64,000 bases of DNA, from NCBI GenBank assembly GCA_030446775.1, contig JAUJMQ010000007.1, positions 5,569 to 69,568 of the forward strand, in the 5' to 3' direction. Position numbers and translations under genes: made by a program. The DNA is from Egibacteraceae bacterium. Its GTDB lineage: Bacteria; Actinomycetota; Nitriliruptoria; Euzebyales; Egibacteraceae. The stretch's first letter is position 1. Every line of letters begins with the position of its first letter. The notes beneath the pieces are model-generated. The model searched no databases, was not told where the DNA came from, and worked only from the letters and a program-made list of their open reading frames with translations. This document shows, piece after piece, positions 45,205 to 55,104 of this stretch.

Positions 45205-48088
45205 TCATGCGCCGTGGCAGCGCTTGTACTTCTGACCCGAGCCGCAGGGGCAGGGGTCGTTGCGCCCACCTTGTCGGTGTTGCGCACCGTCTGCTGGGCG
45301 GACCTGGCGGCGGCGCCGTTGCCGGACGGGGCGGATCCGCCGGCGGAGCCGGTGGCGGTCGCGGCACCCCCAGGGTGTAGGTCGAGCCGCCGCCGTGGCT
45401 GACGGCGGTCCCCTCGGTGACCGCCGAGGTGTAGACAGCTGGGACGACATGGGCGCCCGCGGCTCGTCGCGCAGGGCGGGCCGCGCGACCTTGGCCGCTC
45501 CTGCCTGCTCGCGCGTGCCCGACGCTCCCGCTCGGCCTCGGCCTCAACCTCGGCCGCTTCCTCCGCCGCGGCGGCGGCCTCGTCGGGCTCGGGCTCGATG
45601 TGCACGGGAAGGTTGAAGAAGTATCCCGTCGACTCGGCCTTGATGTGGGCCATCATCTCGCCGAAGGCCTCGTAGGCCTCGCGCTGGTACTCCACGAGCG
45701 GGTCGCGCTGCCCGACGGCGCGCAGCCCGATGCCCTCGCGGAGGTGGTCCATCTCGTACAGGTGCTCGCGCCACACCCGGTCGACCACCGACAGGATCAC
45801 GCGGCGCTCCACCTGCCGCAGGACCTCGGATGCGAGCTCGGCCTCGCGCCGCTCGTAGGCAGACAGCGCGTCGTCGAGGACCTGCTCGAGCAGCTGCTCA
45901 CGCGTGACCGCGTCGTCGGCGATCGCCTTCCTGAGCGCGTCGCGGTCCAGGCCGACGGGATGGATCTGCTCCAGCGCCACCCACAGCTCGTCGAGGTCCC
46001 ACTCCTCGGGGAAGACCCCTTCAGGGGCGTAGGTGTCGACGATCGCGCGGAACGTCTCGTCGATGAAGTCCTCGGCGTACTCGGCCACCTTGTCGTCGGG
46101 CCCCGAGCACCGTCGAGCGCTGGGCGTAGATGACCTCACGCTGCTTGTTCATGACGTCGTCGTACTTCAGGACGTTCTTGCGGATCTCGAAGTTGCGTGC
46201 CTCCCTCCTGCGCCTGCGCGCGGGCGACGGCGCGCGAGACCATCTTGTGCTCGATCGGCATGTCCTCGGGCAGCTTCAGCCGCGTCATGATCGACTCGAC
46301 CGCGCTGGCGTTGAACAGCCGCATGAGGTCGTCCTCGAGCGACAGGAAGAAGCGCGACTCGCCCGGGTCGCCCTGGCGGCCCGACCGCCCGCGCAGCTGG
46401 TTGTCGATGCGCCGTGACTCGTGGCGCTCGGTGCCCAGGACGTACAGGCCACCGGCGGACCGCACCTGGTCGCCCTCGGCCTGGACCTGCGCGGCGTAGC
46501 GCGGCAGCGCCTCGGCGACGGCGGCGGCGTAGGCCTCCGGCTCCTCGGCAGGGTCGTGGGAACGGCGCGCCTCGGTCTCGGCCAGCGACTCGGCGTTGCC
46601 GCCCAGGACGATGTCGACGCCGCGGCCGGCCATGTTCGTCGCGACGGTCACCGCGCCGACGCGGCCGGCCTGGGCGACGATCTCGGCCTCCTTGAAGTGG
46701 TTCTTGGCGTTGAGGACCTCGTGGGGGATCCCCCGGCGGGTGAGCATCCCCGACAGCCGCTCGGACTTCTCGATCGACACGGTGCCGACGAGGACCGGCT
46801 GCCCGGCCTCGTGCCGGGCGACGATGTCGGCGGCGACCGCCTCGTACTTGGCCGCCTCCGTCTTGTAGATCTGGTCGGCGTGGTCGGCGCGGATGGGCGG
46901 GCGGTTCGTGGGGATCTGCACGACCCCGATGTCGTAGATGTGGGCGAACTCCGACTCCTCGGTCTTGGCCGTGCCGGTCATGCCCGACAGCTTGTCGTAG
47001 AGGCGGAAGTAGTTCTGCAGCGTGATCGTGGCGAGGGTCTGGTTCTCCTCCTTGATCCGCACACCCTCCTTGGCCTCGATCGCCTGGTGCAGCCCCTCGG
47101 AGTAGCGGCGGCCGTGCAGGGTGCGGCCGGTGAACTCGTCGACGATGAGGACCTCGCCGTCGGACACCATGTACTCGCGGTCGCGCAGGTACAGCTCCTT
47201 GGCGCGGATGGCGTTCTGCAGGTGGTGGATGAGCGGGGTGTTGACGCTCTCGTAGAGGTTCTCGACGCCGAGCAGCTGCTCGACGCGGGCGACGCCGTCC
47301 TCGGTCACCGCGACGGTGCGCTTGCCCTCGTCGATCTCGTAGTGGACGTCCTTGTCTAGGCGGGGGACGACCCGCCGCGCGAAGACGCTGTACCACTCGG
47401 TCGCCTGGTCGGCGGGGCCGGAGATGATCAGCGGGGTGCGTGCCTCGTCGACGAGGATCGAGTCGACCTCGTCGACGATCGCGTAGTGGTGGCCGCGCTG
47501 GACCTTCTCCGGCGACGACAGGACCATGTGGTCGCGCAGAAAGTCGAAGCCGAACTCGTTGTTGGTCCCGTGGGTGATGTCCGCGGCGTAGGCCTTGCGC
47601 TTGTCGACCTTGCCCTGCTGGGACGTGATCAGCCCGAGGGACAGGCCCAGGAACCGGTGGACGGGGCCCATCCACTCGGCGTCGCGGCTGGCCAGGTAGG
47701 GGTTGACGGTGACGACGTGCACGCCCTCGCCGGCCAGGGCGTTGAGGTAGACCGGCATCGTGGAGGTCAGCGTCTTGCCCTCACCCGTGCGCATCTCGGC
47801 GATGTCGCCCTGGTGCATCGCGGCGCCGCCGAGGACCTGGACGTCGTAGGGGCGCTGGCCCAGCACGCGCGAGGCGGTCTCGCGCACGGTGGCGAACGCC
47901 TCGGGCAGCAGGTCGTCGAGCGTCTCACCGTCGCCCAGCCGCCGCTTGAACTCGTCGGTGCGGGCGCGCAGCTGCTCGTCGGACAGGTCGGCGACCCCCT
48001 CCCCGGCGGCGTTCACCTCGGTGACGAGCGCCTGCAGCTGCCTGAGGTGACGGCCCTCACCGAGCCGGAGGATCTTCTGCAGCACCAC
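45205..48088 (-). pseudogene. secA: Preprotein translocase ATPase SecA (secA1 context), at least 4 frame breaks; probably sequence errors
   Basis: N-terminal 650 aa: [11 protein letters not shown].., [38 protein letters not shown]. Then [23 protein letters not shown] is in a third frame. [11 protein letters not shown]...GQRDPLVEYQREAYEAF is in ORF 45189..46139. The zinc-finger end [20 protein letters not shown] is in ORF 45205..45450. The start is ambiguous (GTG 48085/48088 or TTG 48106). Confidence 0.9.
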
Positions 48089-48198
48089 GTCGCACACCTG
48101 TCGCAAGGGGATCGGTCCGGCGGCTCAGTGTAGGTCAGCCCGTCGCCGCCGACCGGCCCCGATCGTCCCGGTTTGCAGGGGTTCCCAGGCGAAGGTGA

Positions 48199-48230
48199 AA
48201 GACTCCGGTCCGCATCCGGATCGGAGTCTT
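48199..48230 (-). terminator. Hairpin (AAGACTCCG ... CGGAGTCTT with an inner 4-bp stem) between the response-regulator gene and secA
   Basis: A 9-bp perfect outer stem plus an inner tccg/cgga stem, followed on the minus strand by TTTC. It lies about 160 nt downstream of the regulator stop. Confidence 0.35.
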
Positions 48231-48388
48231 CAACCTCGGGCCGCGTGGCCGGGGCCGGCGGTGGAGCAGTCCAGCGCGTGCAGGGCGACGAGGACCTCGG
48301 CGAGCCCGTGGTGCCGTGCGCCGGCGGAGTTCCGTGGCGGCGGGTGTTCGGGCGGGCGGGGGCGCAGCGGGGATTCCCGCAGGCGGGC

Positions 48389-49078
48389 CTACTTGATCTC
48401 GAGGAGCTTCTCCTTGACCGCGTACACGACGGCCTCCATCCGCGAGTGCAGCTGCAGCTTCTCGAGGATGTTGCGCACATGGTTCTTGACGGTGTTCTCC
48501 GAGATGAACAGCTCCTTGGCGATGTCGCGGTTGTTCAGCCCCTGCGCGACGAGGGTGAGCACCTGCATCTCCCGGTCGGTGAGCCTGGGCGTCGGCATCT
48601 GCTGGCGTTCGGAGTCCTTGCGCGCCATGGTCGCGAACTCGGTGAGCAGCTTGGACGCCATCGAGGGGGAGATCAGTGACTGGCCGGCGTGGACGCTGCG
48701 GATCGCGCCGGCCACGTCCTCGATGGAGATCTCCTTGAGCAGGTAGCCGCTCGCGCCCGCCTTGATCGCGTCGTAGAGATCCTCCTCTTCGTCGCTGATC
48801 GTCAGCATGAGGATCTTGGTGTGGGGGACCGCGTCCTTGATCGCCTGCGCGGCCTCGATGCCGCCCTGGCCGGGCATGCGCACGTCCATCAGCACGAGGT
48901 CGGGCATGTGCTCGACGGCCAGGACGACGACCTCGTTGCCGTCGTTGGCCTCCGCGACGACCTCGATGTCGGGCTCGGACTCCAGCACCATCTCCAGGCC
49001 ACGCCGGAACAGGGCGTGGTCGTCGGCGACGATCACCCGGATCGTGTCCGTGCGGGCGCCGCCCTCGGTTGTCGTCAT
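48389..49078 (-). CDS. NarL/LuxR-family two-component response regulator
   Basis: ATG 49078. Receiver domain: IRVIVADDHALFRRGL, DLVLMDVRMPG, KILMLT. HTH: LTDREMQVLTLVAQGLNNRDIAKELFISENTVKNHVRNILEKL. Confidence 0.9.
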   Translation of the reverse strand: MTTTEGGARTDTIRVIVADDHALFRRGLEMVLESEPDIEVVAEANDGNEVVVLAVEHMPDLVLMDVRMPGQGGIEAAQAIKDAVPHTKILMLTISDEEEDLYDAIKAGASGYLLKEISIEDVAGAIRSVHAGQSLISPSMASKLLTEFATMARKDSERQQMPTPRLTDREMQVLTLVAQGLNNRDIAKELFISENTVKNHVRNILEKLQLHSRMEAVVYAVKEKLLEIK

Positions 49079-49116
49079 CCTCGCCGACCTCCCGATCCGT
49101 CGCGCCGGAGCGCAGT

Positions 49117-49734
49117 CTATTCGCCCGCCTTGTCCAGGGTGCCGGGCTCGACGCCCTGGATGAGCCCCAGGTCGCCGTCGCGGCGGCGGTACACGACGTT
49201 GCACGCCCCGGAGGCGGCGTTGGTGAACACGAAGAAGTCGTGGCCGAGCAGCTCGAGCTGGACAGCGGCGTCGTCGGGCAGCATGGCCACGAGCTCGAAG
49301 TGCTTCGTGCGCACGATTCTGGGCCGCGGCCAGCCGTCGTCGGCGGCGGCGGGCTCGGCAGGCGCCGGCGCGGGGGGGCCGACCACGGCCAGTGGCGCGG
49401 CGTGGCGGTCACGGCCGCGGTAGCGGTCGACCTGGCGGGCCTTGTAGCGCGCGAGCTGGCGCTCGAAGCGCGCGACGGCGACGTCCACGGCACCGCGGTG
49501 GTCGGTGCCGGCCCCCTCGGCGCGGATGTGGTGGCCCTTGGTGCGGCCCGTCACCTCGACGACGGCGGGCTGGGCGATGCGCGGGTTGTGCTCCTCGCCG
49601 AAGACCACCTCGACGGCCAGCAGCCGGTCGAAGAAGCGGGTCGCGTGCTCGACGCGCGCGACGACGTCCTCCTTCACCCGGCTGGGCACCTGGCAGTTCT
49701 TGGCCTTGACGGTGATGTCCACAGTCCCTCCCAT
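49117..49734 (-). CDS. hpf: Ribosome hibernation promoting factor (long HPF/RaiA)
   Basis: VDITVKAKNCQVPSRVKEDVVARVEHATRFFDRLLAVEVVF... with the C-terminal dimerisation domain IVRTKHFELVAMLPDDAAVQLELLGHDFFVFTN. The alternative start is GTG 49722. Confidence 0.85.
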   Translation of the reverse strand: MGGTVDITVKAKNCQVPSRVKEDVVARVEHATRFFDRLLAVEVVFGEEHNPRIAQPAVVEVTGRTKGHHIRAEGAGTDHRGAVDVAVARFERQLARYKARQVDRYRGRDRHAAPLAVVGPPAPAPAEPAAADDGWPRPRIVRTKHFELVAMLPDDAAVQLELLGHDFFVFTNAASGACNVVYRRRDGDLGLIQGVEPGTLDKAGE

Positions 49735-49965
49735 CGCACGGTCGGCGCGCCGCGGCCGGGGACGGACGGCCCCCGGACGCGACACGGCCTCGGACGAGCG
49801 TCCGAGGCCGGGAGCAGGGGCATCAACGGGTGGTCGGTGGTGGTTCGATCGCGCACCGGAGCCCTTCGAGGTCGTGGCACCCTGCGGGCGCATCGTCACC
49901 CGCGTGACCCCTCCGGCGCAACCCCCGCCACCCGGGGGGACGGGGCGCCGACCTACACTGCCGCG

Positions 49966-50301
49966 ATGGTCAACGACCCGACCGTGAGCCGCGAGGAGGA
50001 CCTGCGGACCTGGCGGAGCCAGTACACCGACGCGGTGCCGATCGGCGAGGCGCGACCGCGCCACAAGACCACCTGCGTCGGGGTCGTGCACAAGATCCGG
50101 CTCGTGCCGGGACGCCAGCTCGAGGTGACGATCGAGGACGGGACCGGGCGCCTGACGGGCGTGTTCACCGGTCGGTCCAACCTGGCGGGCCTGGAGCTCG
50201 GCGCCGGGATCCGCATGACCGGGACGGTCGCCGACGCGGGCGAGGCGGGGCTGCAGGTGCGCAACCCCACCTGGGCCTCGGTCAGCGAGCCGTACACGTA
50301 G
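49966..50301 (+). CDS. OB-fold nucleic-acid-binding domain protein
   Basis: MVNDPTVSREEDLRTWR...TTCVGVVHKIRLVPGRQLEVTIEDGTGRLTGVFTGRSNLAGLELGAGIRMTG. Confidence 0.65.
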   Translation: MVNDPTVSREEDLRTWRSQYTDAVPIGEARPRHKTTCVGVVHKIRLVPGRQLEVTIEDGTGRLTGVFTGRSNLAGLELGAGIRMTGTVADAGEAGLQVRNPTWASVSEPYT

Positions 50302-50333
50302 CGCCGAGCGCCGGTCGGTCGCCCGGCGGCAGG

Positions 50334-50525
50334 TCAGCCTCGCCGGCGGCGGTCGGAGTCGGCGGTCGGGTCGGGGACGTCGCGGTGGGGTCGCACCGTG
50401 CGGCCGGGGCGGTAGTGGTGCTCGAGCTGCTCGGGGTCGACCTTGTGGTCGTCGACGAGGTGGGCTCGGACCTCGGGCTCGTCGCGGAAGCGCAGCTCGC
50501 AGCGGGGGCACTGGTGGACGGCCAT
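50334..50525 (-). CDS. Small C2H2-like zinc-finger protein (63 aa)
   Basis: MAVHQCPRCELRFRDEPEVRAHLVDDHK (CxxC...HxxxxH). The ATG is 1 nt after the trkA stop. Confidence 0.55.
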   Translation of the reverse strand: MAVHQCPRCELRFRDEPEVRAHLVDDHKVDPEQLEHHYRPGRTVRPHRDVPDPTADSDRRRRG

Positions 50526-50526
50526 C

Positions 50527-51198
50527 TCACGGCTCCTGACCGGCGCCGACGAGCTGGCGGCGCAGCTCCCCGGTCTCGTCGCCGGCGACCAGCGCGAGGA
50601 CCTCGTCGCCCACCGTCAGCGGTGTCGTCGCACGGCAGGTGACGACGTTGCCGTCGCGCACGAGCGCGACGAGCGCGACGTTGGCCGGCAGCTCGAGCTC
50701 CTCGACCCGCTTGTCGACGGCGGGTGAACGCTCGTCGAGGCGGATCTCCAGCAGCTGGACCCGGCCCCGTTGGAGCTTCAGCAGCGACACGAGGTCGCCG
50801 GTGGACACCTCCTCCTCGACGAGCGCGGCGAGCAGGTGCGGCGGGCTCACGGCGAGGTCGACGCCCCACGCCTCGTCGAACAGCCACTCGTTGACGGGGT
50901 GGTTGACCCGGGCGAGCACACGGGGGACCGCGAACTCCTGCTTGGCGAGCAGGCTGATGACGAGGTTGTCCTCGTCGTCGCCCGTCGCGGCGATGACGAC
51001 GTCGGCCTGGCGGGTGCCGGCGCTCTCGAGCACCTTGGGCGAGCACGCGTCGCCGGAGGTCATGTGCAGGTCGCTGCTGGGCACCATGGCCAGGGCCGCG
51101 TCGGACTGGTCGATCAGCGTGGTGTCGTGGCCGCGCGCCGCGAGGTCGACCGACAGGTAGCGCCCGATGTTGCCGGCGCCGGCGATGACGACGTTCAT
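50527..51198 (-). CDS. trkA: TrkA-family potassium-uptake NAD-binding protein
   Basis: MNVVIAGAGNIGRYLSVDL (Rossmann fold) plus a TrkA-C domain. The ATG shares one base with the upstream stop (TGATG). Confidence 0.9.
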   Translation of the reverse strand: MNVVIAGAGNIGRYLSVDLAARGHDTTLIDQSDAALAMVPSSDLHMTSGDACSPKVLESAGTRQADVVIAATGDDEDNLVISLLAKQEFAVPRVLARVNHPVNEWLFDEAWGVDLAVSPPHLLAALVEEEVSTGDLVSLLKLQRGRVQLLEIRLDERSPAVDKRVEELELPANVALVALVRDGNVVTCRATTPLTVGDEVLALVAGDETGELRRQLVGAGQEP

Positions 51199-51869
51199 CA
51201 GTGAGCCTCCTGCGCCATGCGGTCCAGCAGCGCATCGACGGTGTCGACGGCTTCGCGCTGGACTGCGAGATGCACCTGGTCGCCTGACTGCACCAGCATG
51301 TTCGCGACCGGAACGCGGGTGGTGCCGTCCCGGGTGACCGCGGCCAGGACGGCGCGCCCCGGGGTCGACAGCTGCGACGCCTTCGCGTCGCGCACGCCCG
51401 TCGGGATGGTGGCGGTCAGCAGCACGACGTCCTGCGCCCCCGGGCCGATCGAGCCCTCGACCCGGTTCCCCTCCGGCAGCAGCGTGCGCAGCACCGCGTC
51501 CGCGGTCCACTGCGCGGACGCGATGGTGGTGATGCCCAGCCGCTCGTAGATGGACGCCCGCTCCGGGTCGTAGATCCGCGCGACGACGCGCTCGACGGCG
51601 TAGCGCTCCTTGGCGGTGCGTGCCGAGACGATGTTGGAGTTGTCCCCGCTGGTGACGGCGACGAACGCCTGCGCGCGCTTGATCCCCGCCTCCTCCAGCG
51701 TGGGCCGGTCGAACACCACCCCTGGGAGGGCGCGGCCGGCGAAGTCCTTGCCGAGCCTGCGGAAGGCCGCGGGGTTCTTGTCGATGACGACGACGTCGTG
51801 ATCCTCGTCCGACAGCGTCTGGGCCAGCTGGGAACCGACCCGCCCACAACCGGCGATGATGACGTGCAC
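51198..51869 (-). CDS. trkA: TrkA-family potassium-uptake NAD-binding protein (second paralogue)
   Basis: GTG 51869 follows GGAGCCAAGGG. Product: VHVIIAGCGRVGSQLAQTL..., with a TrkA-C domain. Confidence 0.9.
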   Translation of the reverse strand: MHVIIAGCGRVGSQLAQTLSDEDHDVVVIDKNPAAFRRLGKDFAGRALPGVVFDRPTLEEAGIKRAQAFVAVTSGDNSNIVSARTAKERYAVERVVARIYDPERASIYERLGITTIASAQWTADAVLRTLLPEGNRVEGSIGPGAQDVVLLTATIPTGVRDAKASQLSTPGRAVLAAVTRDGTTRVPVANMLVQSGDQVHLAVQREAVDTVDALLDRMAQEAH

Positions 51870-51990
51870 CCCTTGGCTCCTGTGTCGGCGCGGGGCGGCC
51901 GGCAGGCGTGCTTGGCCCCTGCGCGGGCCTACGATACTGCCCGTCAGCGAGCGCCACGCACGGGCGGTCGGACAGAGCGAGGAGCGTTCG

Positions 51991-54303
51991 GTGACGGACC
52001 TGTCGACGCTGAAGCGTGTCGTCGTCGGGCGCCCCAAGGCCAGCCGGGAGCTCGGTCACACGCTGCTGCCCAAGTGGATGGCGCTGCCGGTCTTCTCCTC
52101 CGACCCGATGTCGTCGGTGGCGTACGCGACCGAGGAGATGATGCTGGTGCTGGCGCTCGCCGGCGCCGGCGCCTTCCGCCTCGTCGGGCCGCTGTCGCTG
52201 GCGGTCGCCACGCTGCTCGTGATCGTCATCATCAGCTACCGCCAGACGGTCCGCGCCTACCCGCGTGGCGGCGGCGCCTACATCGTGGCGCGGGAGAACC
52301 TCGGCGAGATCCCGGGGCTCGTCGCCGCGAGCGCGCTGCTCATCGACTACTCGCTCACCGTGGCGGTCTCGATCGCCGCGGGCGTCGCGGCGATCACGTC
52401 GGCGGCGTCGATCCTCGCCGAGCACAAGGTCTCGCTCGCGCTCGGCTTCGTCACCCTGGTCACCCTCGCCAACCTGCGCGGCGTCAAGGAGGCCGGGGTC
52501 GTCTTCGCGATCCCGACGTACACCTTCGTGGCGACGATCTACCTGCTCATCGCCACCGGGCTGCTGCGCTGCGTCGGCGGCTGCCCCCAGGCCGAGAGCG
52601 CCGGAACCGCCCTGGAGGTGGAGAGCGCGCTGGGGCTGTTCCTCGTGCTGAGGGCGTTCTCGTCGGGAGCCACCGCCCTGACCGGCGTCGAGGCGATCTC
52701 CGACGGGGTCGCCGCCTTTCGCTACCCCCAGAGCCGGAACGCGGCGGCCACCCTCGGGATCATGGGCGTCATCGCCGTGACGATGTTCCTGGGCATCAGC
52801 TACCTGGCGACCGCGACGAACGTCGTGGCGACCGAGGGCATGGAGCGCACCGTCGTCGCGCAGATCGCCGCGGCGGTGTTCGGCCAGGGGCCGCTGTTCT
52901 ACCTGGTCCAGGTCGTGACCGCGGCCATCCTCATCCTCGCGGCGAACACGGCCTACGCCGACTTCCCCCGGCTCGCCTCGATCCTGGCCGGTGACCGGTT
53001 CCTGCCGCGCCAGTTCCTCAGCCGCGGCGACCGCCTCGTGTTCAGCAACGGCGTGGTCGTGCTCGCCGTCAGCGCGAGCCTGCTGCTCGTGCTCTTCCAG
53101 GCCGAGGTCACCCGTCTGATCCAGCTGTACGTGGTCGGCGTGTTCACCTCGTTCACGTTGTCCCAGGCCGGGATGGTGCGCCGGCGCATCGCCCTGCGGG
53201 AGCCCCGCTGGCGGGAGGCGGCCATCGTCAGCGGCGTGGGGGCGTTCACGACGGGCGTGGTGCTCGTCGTCGTGTCGATCACGAAGTTCCGCGGTGGTGC
53301 CTGGATGGTGATCCTCGCGATCCCGCTCGTCGCGACCCTCATGCACCGGATCCACCGTCACTACGGTCAGGTGAGCCTGCAGCTGCGCGCGGACGTGACC
53401 ACGCGGCAGCCCGCACGGCCGTTGCACGCCGTCATCGTGCTCGACAAGATCGACGAGTCGGTCGCCCGGTCGCTGTCCTACGCCCGCGCCGTCAACGCCT
53501 CGTCGGTGAGCGCCTGCGTCGTGCCGTTGCCCGGCATCGACGTGGAGCGTGAGTGGGCCGCCTTCGCCCCCGACGTGCCGCTGACGGTGCTCGTCGCGTC
53601 CACTGACCCGCGCGCCGACGACGAGGTCGTCGCGCACCTGCAGCGCGAGCAGGGCGCCCATCCTCGGTCGTTCACGACCGCGATCGTGGCGGAGACGCTG
53701 TCGGAGAGCATGCTCGAAGTGGTGCGGCGGCACCGCCTCGCGGTGCGCATCAAGTCGGGACTGGTGCGCCAGGGCGTGGTCGTCGCCAATGTCACCGCGC
53801 CTGAGGTGCCCGGGCCGTTCGAGATCGAGGAGCCGGTCGAGCACCACGTCGTCGTGCTCGTGTCGGCGGTGAACAGCGCCACGATTCGCGCCCTGGCATA
53901 CGCCAGGAGCCTGCAGTCGACGTCCGTGCGAGCCCTGTCGGTCAACCTCGACACCGACCGCTCGACCGCGATCCTCCAGCAGTGGGACGACTGGGACCTC
54001 GAGGTGCCCCTGGAGATCGTCGACAGCCCCTTCCGCAGCCTCAGCGACTCGGTCCAGGCCTACGTCCGCGACTTCGGGCCCGACGGCAGGCACACGGTGG
54101 TCACGTGCGTGCTGCCGGAGTTCGTCCTGCCCAAGCTCGTCCACCGCCCGCTGCACAACCAGACCGCCCTGCAGATCAAGGGCGCGCTGCTGCTCGCGCG
54201 CGGAGTGGTGGTGACGAGCGTGCCGATCCACCTCGACCTGGAAGCCGACAAGCGCGAGACGCAGGGCGCCGCCTCCCGGGGGCCCGAGCCGCCCGGCGCT
54301 TGA
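51991..54303 (+). CDS. APC-superfamily permease with a large C-terminal cytoplasmic domain
   Basis: GTG 51991 follows GAGGAG. About 12 TM segments (FSSDPMSSVAYATEE.., ALLIDYSLTVAVSIAAG..), then a soluble region of about 330 aa. The stop lies inside the first 28-nt repeat unit. Confidence 0.8.
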   Translation: MTDLSTLKRVVVGRPKASRELGHTLLPKWMALPVFSSDPMSSVAYATEEMMLVLALAGAGAFRLVGPLSLAVATLLVIVIISYRQTVRAYPRGGGAYIVARENLGEIPGLVAASALLIDYSLTVAVSIAAGVAAITSAASILAEHKVSLALGFVTLVTLANLRGVKEAGVVFAIPTYTFVATIYLLIATGLLRCVGGCPQAESAGTALEVESALGLFLVLRAFSSGATALTGVEAISDGVAAFRYPQSRNAAATLGIMGVIAVTMFLGISYLATATNVVATEGMERTVVAQIAAAVFGQGPLFYLVQVVTAAILILAANTAYADFPRLASILAGDRFLPRQFLSRGDRLVFSNGVVVLAVSASLLLVLFQAEVTRLIQLYVVGVFTSFTLSQAGMVRRRIALREPRWREAAIVSGVGAFTTGVVLVVVSITKFRGGAWMVILAIPLVATLMHRIHRHYGQVSLQLRADVTTRQPARPLHAVIVLDKIDESVARSLSYARAVNASSVSACVVPLPGIDVEREWAAFAPDVPLTVLVASTDPRADDEVVAHLQREQGAHPRSFTTAIVAETLSESMLEVVRRHRLAVRIKSGLVRQGVVVANVTAPEVPGPFEIEEPVEHHVVVLVSAVNSATIRALAYARSLQSTSVRALSVNLDTDRSTAILQQWDDWDLEVPLEIVDSPFRSLSDSVQAYVRDFGPDGRHTVVTCVLPEFVLPKLVHRPLHNQTALQIKGALLLARGVVVTSVPIHLDLEADKRETQGAASRGPEPPGA

Positions 54304-54373
54304 GGTGCAGGCCGAGCCGCCCGGCGCTTGAGGTGCAGGCCGAGCCGCCCGGCGCTTGAGGTGCAGGCCGAGC
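54283..54373 (-). repeat. 3.25 tandem copies of a 28-nt unit derived from the 5-prime half of the two-hairpin repeat element
   Basis: Units (g/c)ccgagccgcccggcgcttgaggtgcag lie at 54283-54310, 54311-54338 and 54339-54366, plus a partial unit. The reverse complement ctgcacctcaagcgccgggcggctcgg aligns to gcacctcaaacgccgggcggctcg of the element. Confidence 0.85.
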
Positions 54374-54377
54374 GACG

Positions 54378-54999
54378 TCAGCGTTCCACCGCACGGCGGG
54401 CGGCGTCGCCGCCGACCGCCAGCGTGAGGACGAGCACCCGCGTCGCGCCGCCGTCACGCAGCGCGTCGGCGCAGGCCAGCGCCGTGGCCCCCGTGGTGCG
54501 CACGTCGTCGACGAGCACGACCGCCCGGGAACCGCCCCCGCGGGCGGAAGGCGCCGAGCGGGGCGGCGCGACGGGCGGGCGCCGCGAGCGACGTCTGGTC
54601 GGGGCGGTCGGCGACGCGGTCGAGCAGGGCGACCGCGCCGGGGCCGGCCAGCAGCCGTGTGAGCTCGAACCCGCGCTCGCGCAGGCGCCTGCGGGTGGAC
54701 GGCACCCACGTGACCGGCCAGCCCGCCGGCGGCGGCAGCCGCCGGCGCAGCAGCGCGCCGAGCGGCTCGGCTCCGGCGTGGCGCCCGCCGAGCTTGAGGC
54801 CTCGCACCGCCTCGGCCGCCAGCCCGGCGTAGGCGAACAGCCCGATCGCGCCGACGCCCGGGTCGAGCTCCTCCCAGCCGGCGTCGGGCAGGACGAGGCG
54901 CTCCGCGGCGAGCGCGCACCTCCGGCACAGCCCGCGCGGGGCAGGACGCGCGCACGCGGCGCACCGCAGCGGCAGCGCGGCCTCCAGCAGCGAACCCAC
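54378..54999 (-). pseudogene. comF: ComF-family phosphoribosyltransferase-like protein, one frame break in a G5 run
   Basis: GTG 54999. N-terminal zinc-finger-like region: LPLRCAACARPAPRGLCRRCA. C-terminal PRTase motif VVLVDDVRTTGAT in the other frame. The join is at cgggggcgg (plus strand 54536-54540). Confidence 0.7.
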
Positions 55000-55104
55000 C
55001 GGCCGACGGTATCCGGGCGCCCGGGGGCCCGCCCCCGCCCCGCCTCGCCCCCCCGGGGGGCGGGTGTAACCACCACCGATGCGGGGGGGCACCCCCGCCA
55101 CCTC

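Noticed and set aside
51199-54231. N-terminal extension of ORF 50527..54231 (1234 aa)
   Set aside because: Only the last 223 codons (trkA, from ATG 51198) are supported. The extension runs through the second trkA in the wrong frame and antisense to the APC permease.
54283-54373. Possible CRISPR array
   Set aside because: The units are directly contiguous with no spacers, only about 3 copies are present, no cas genes are nearby, and the units derive from the dispersed 58-nt element.
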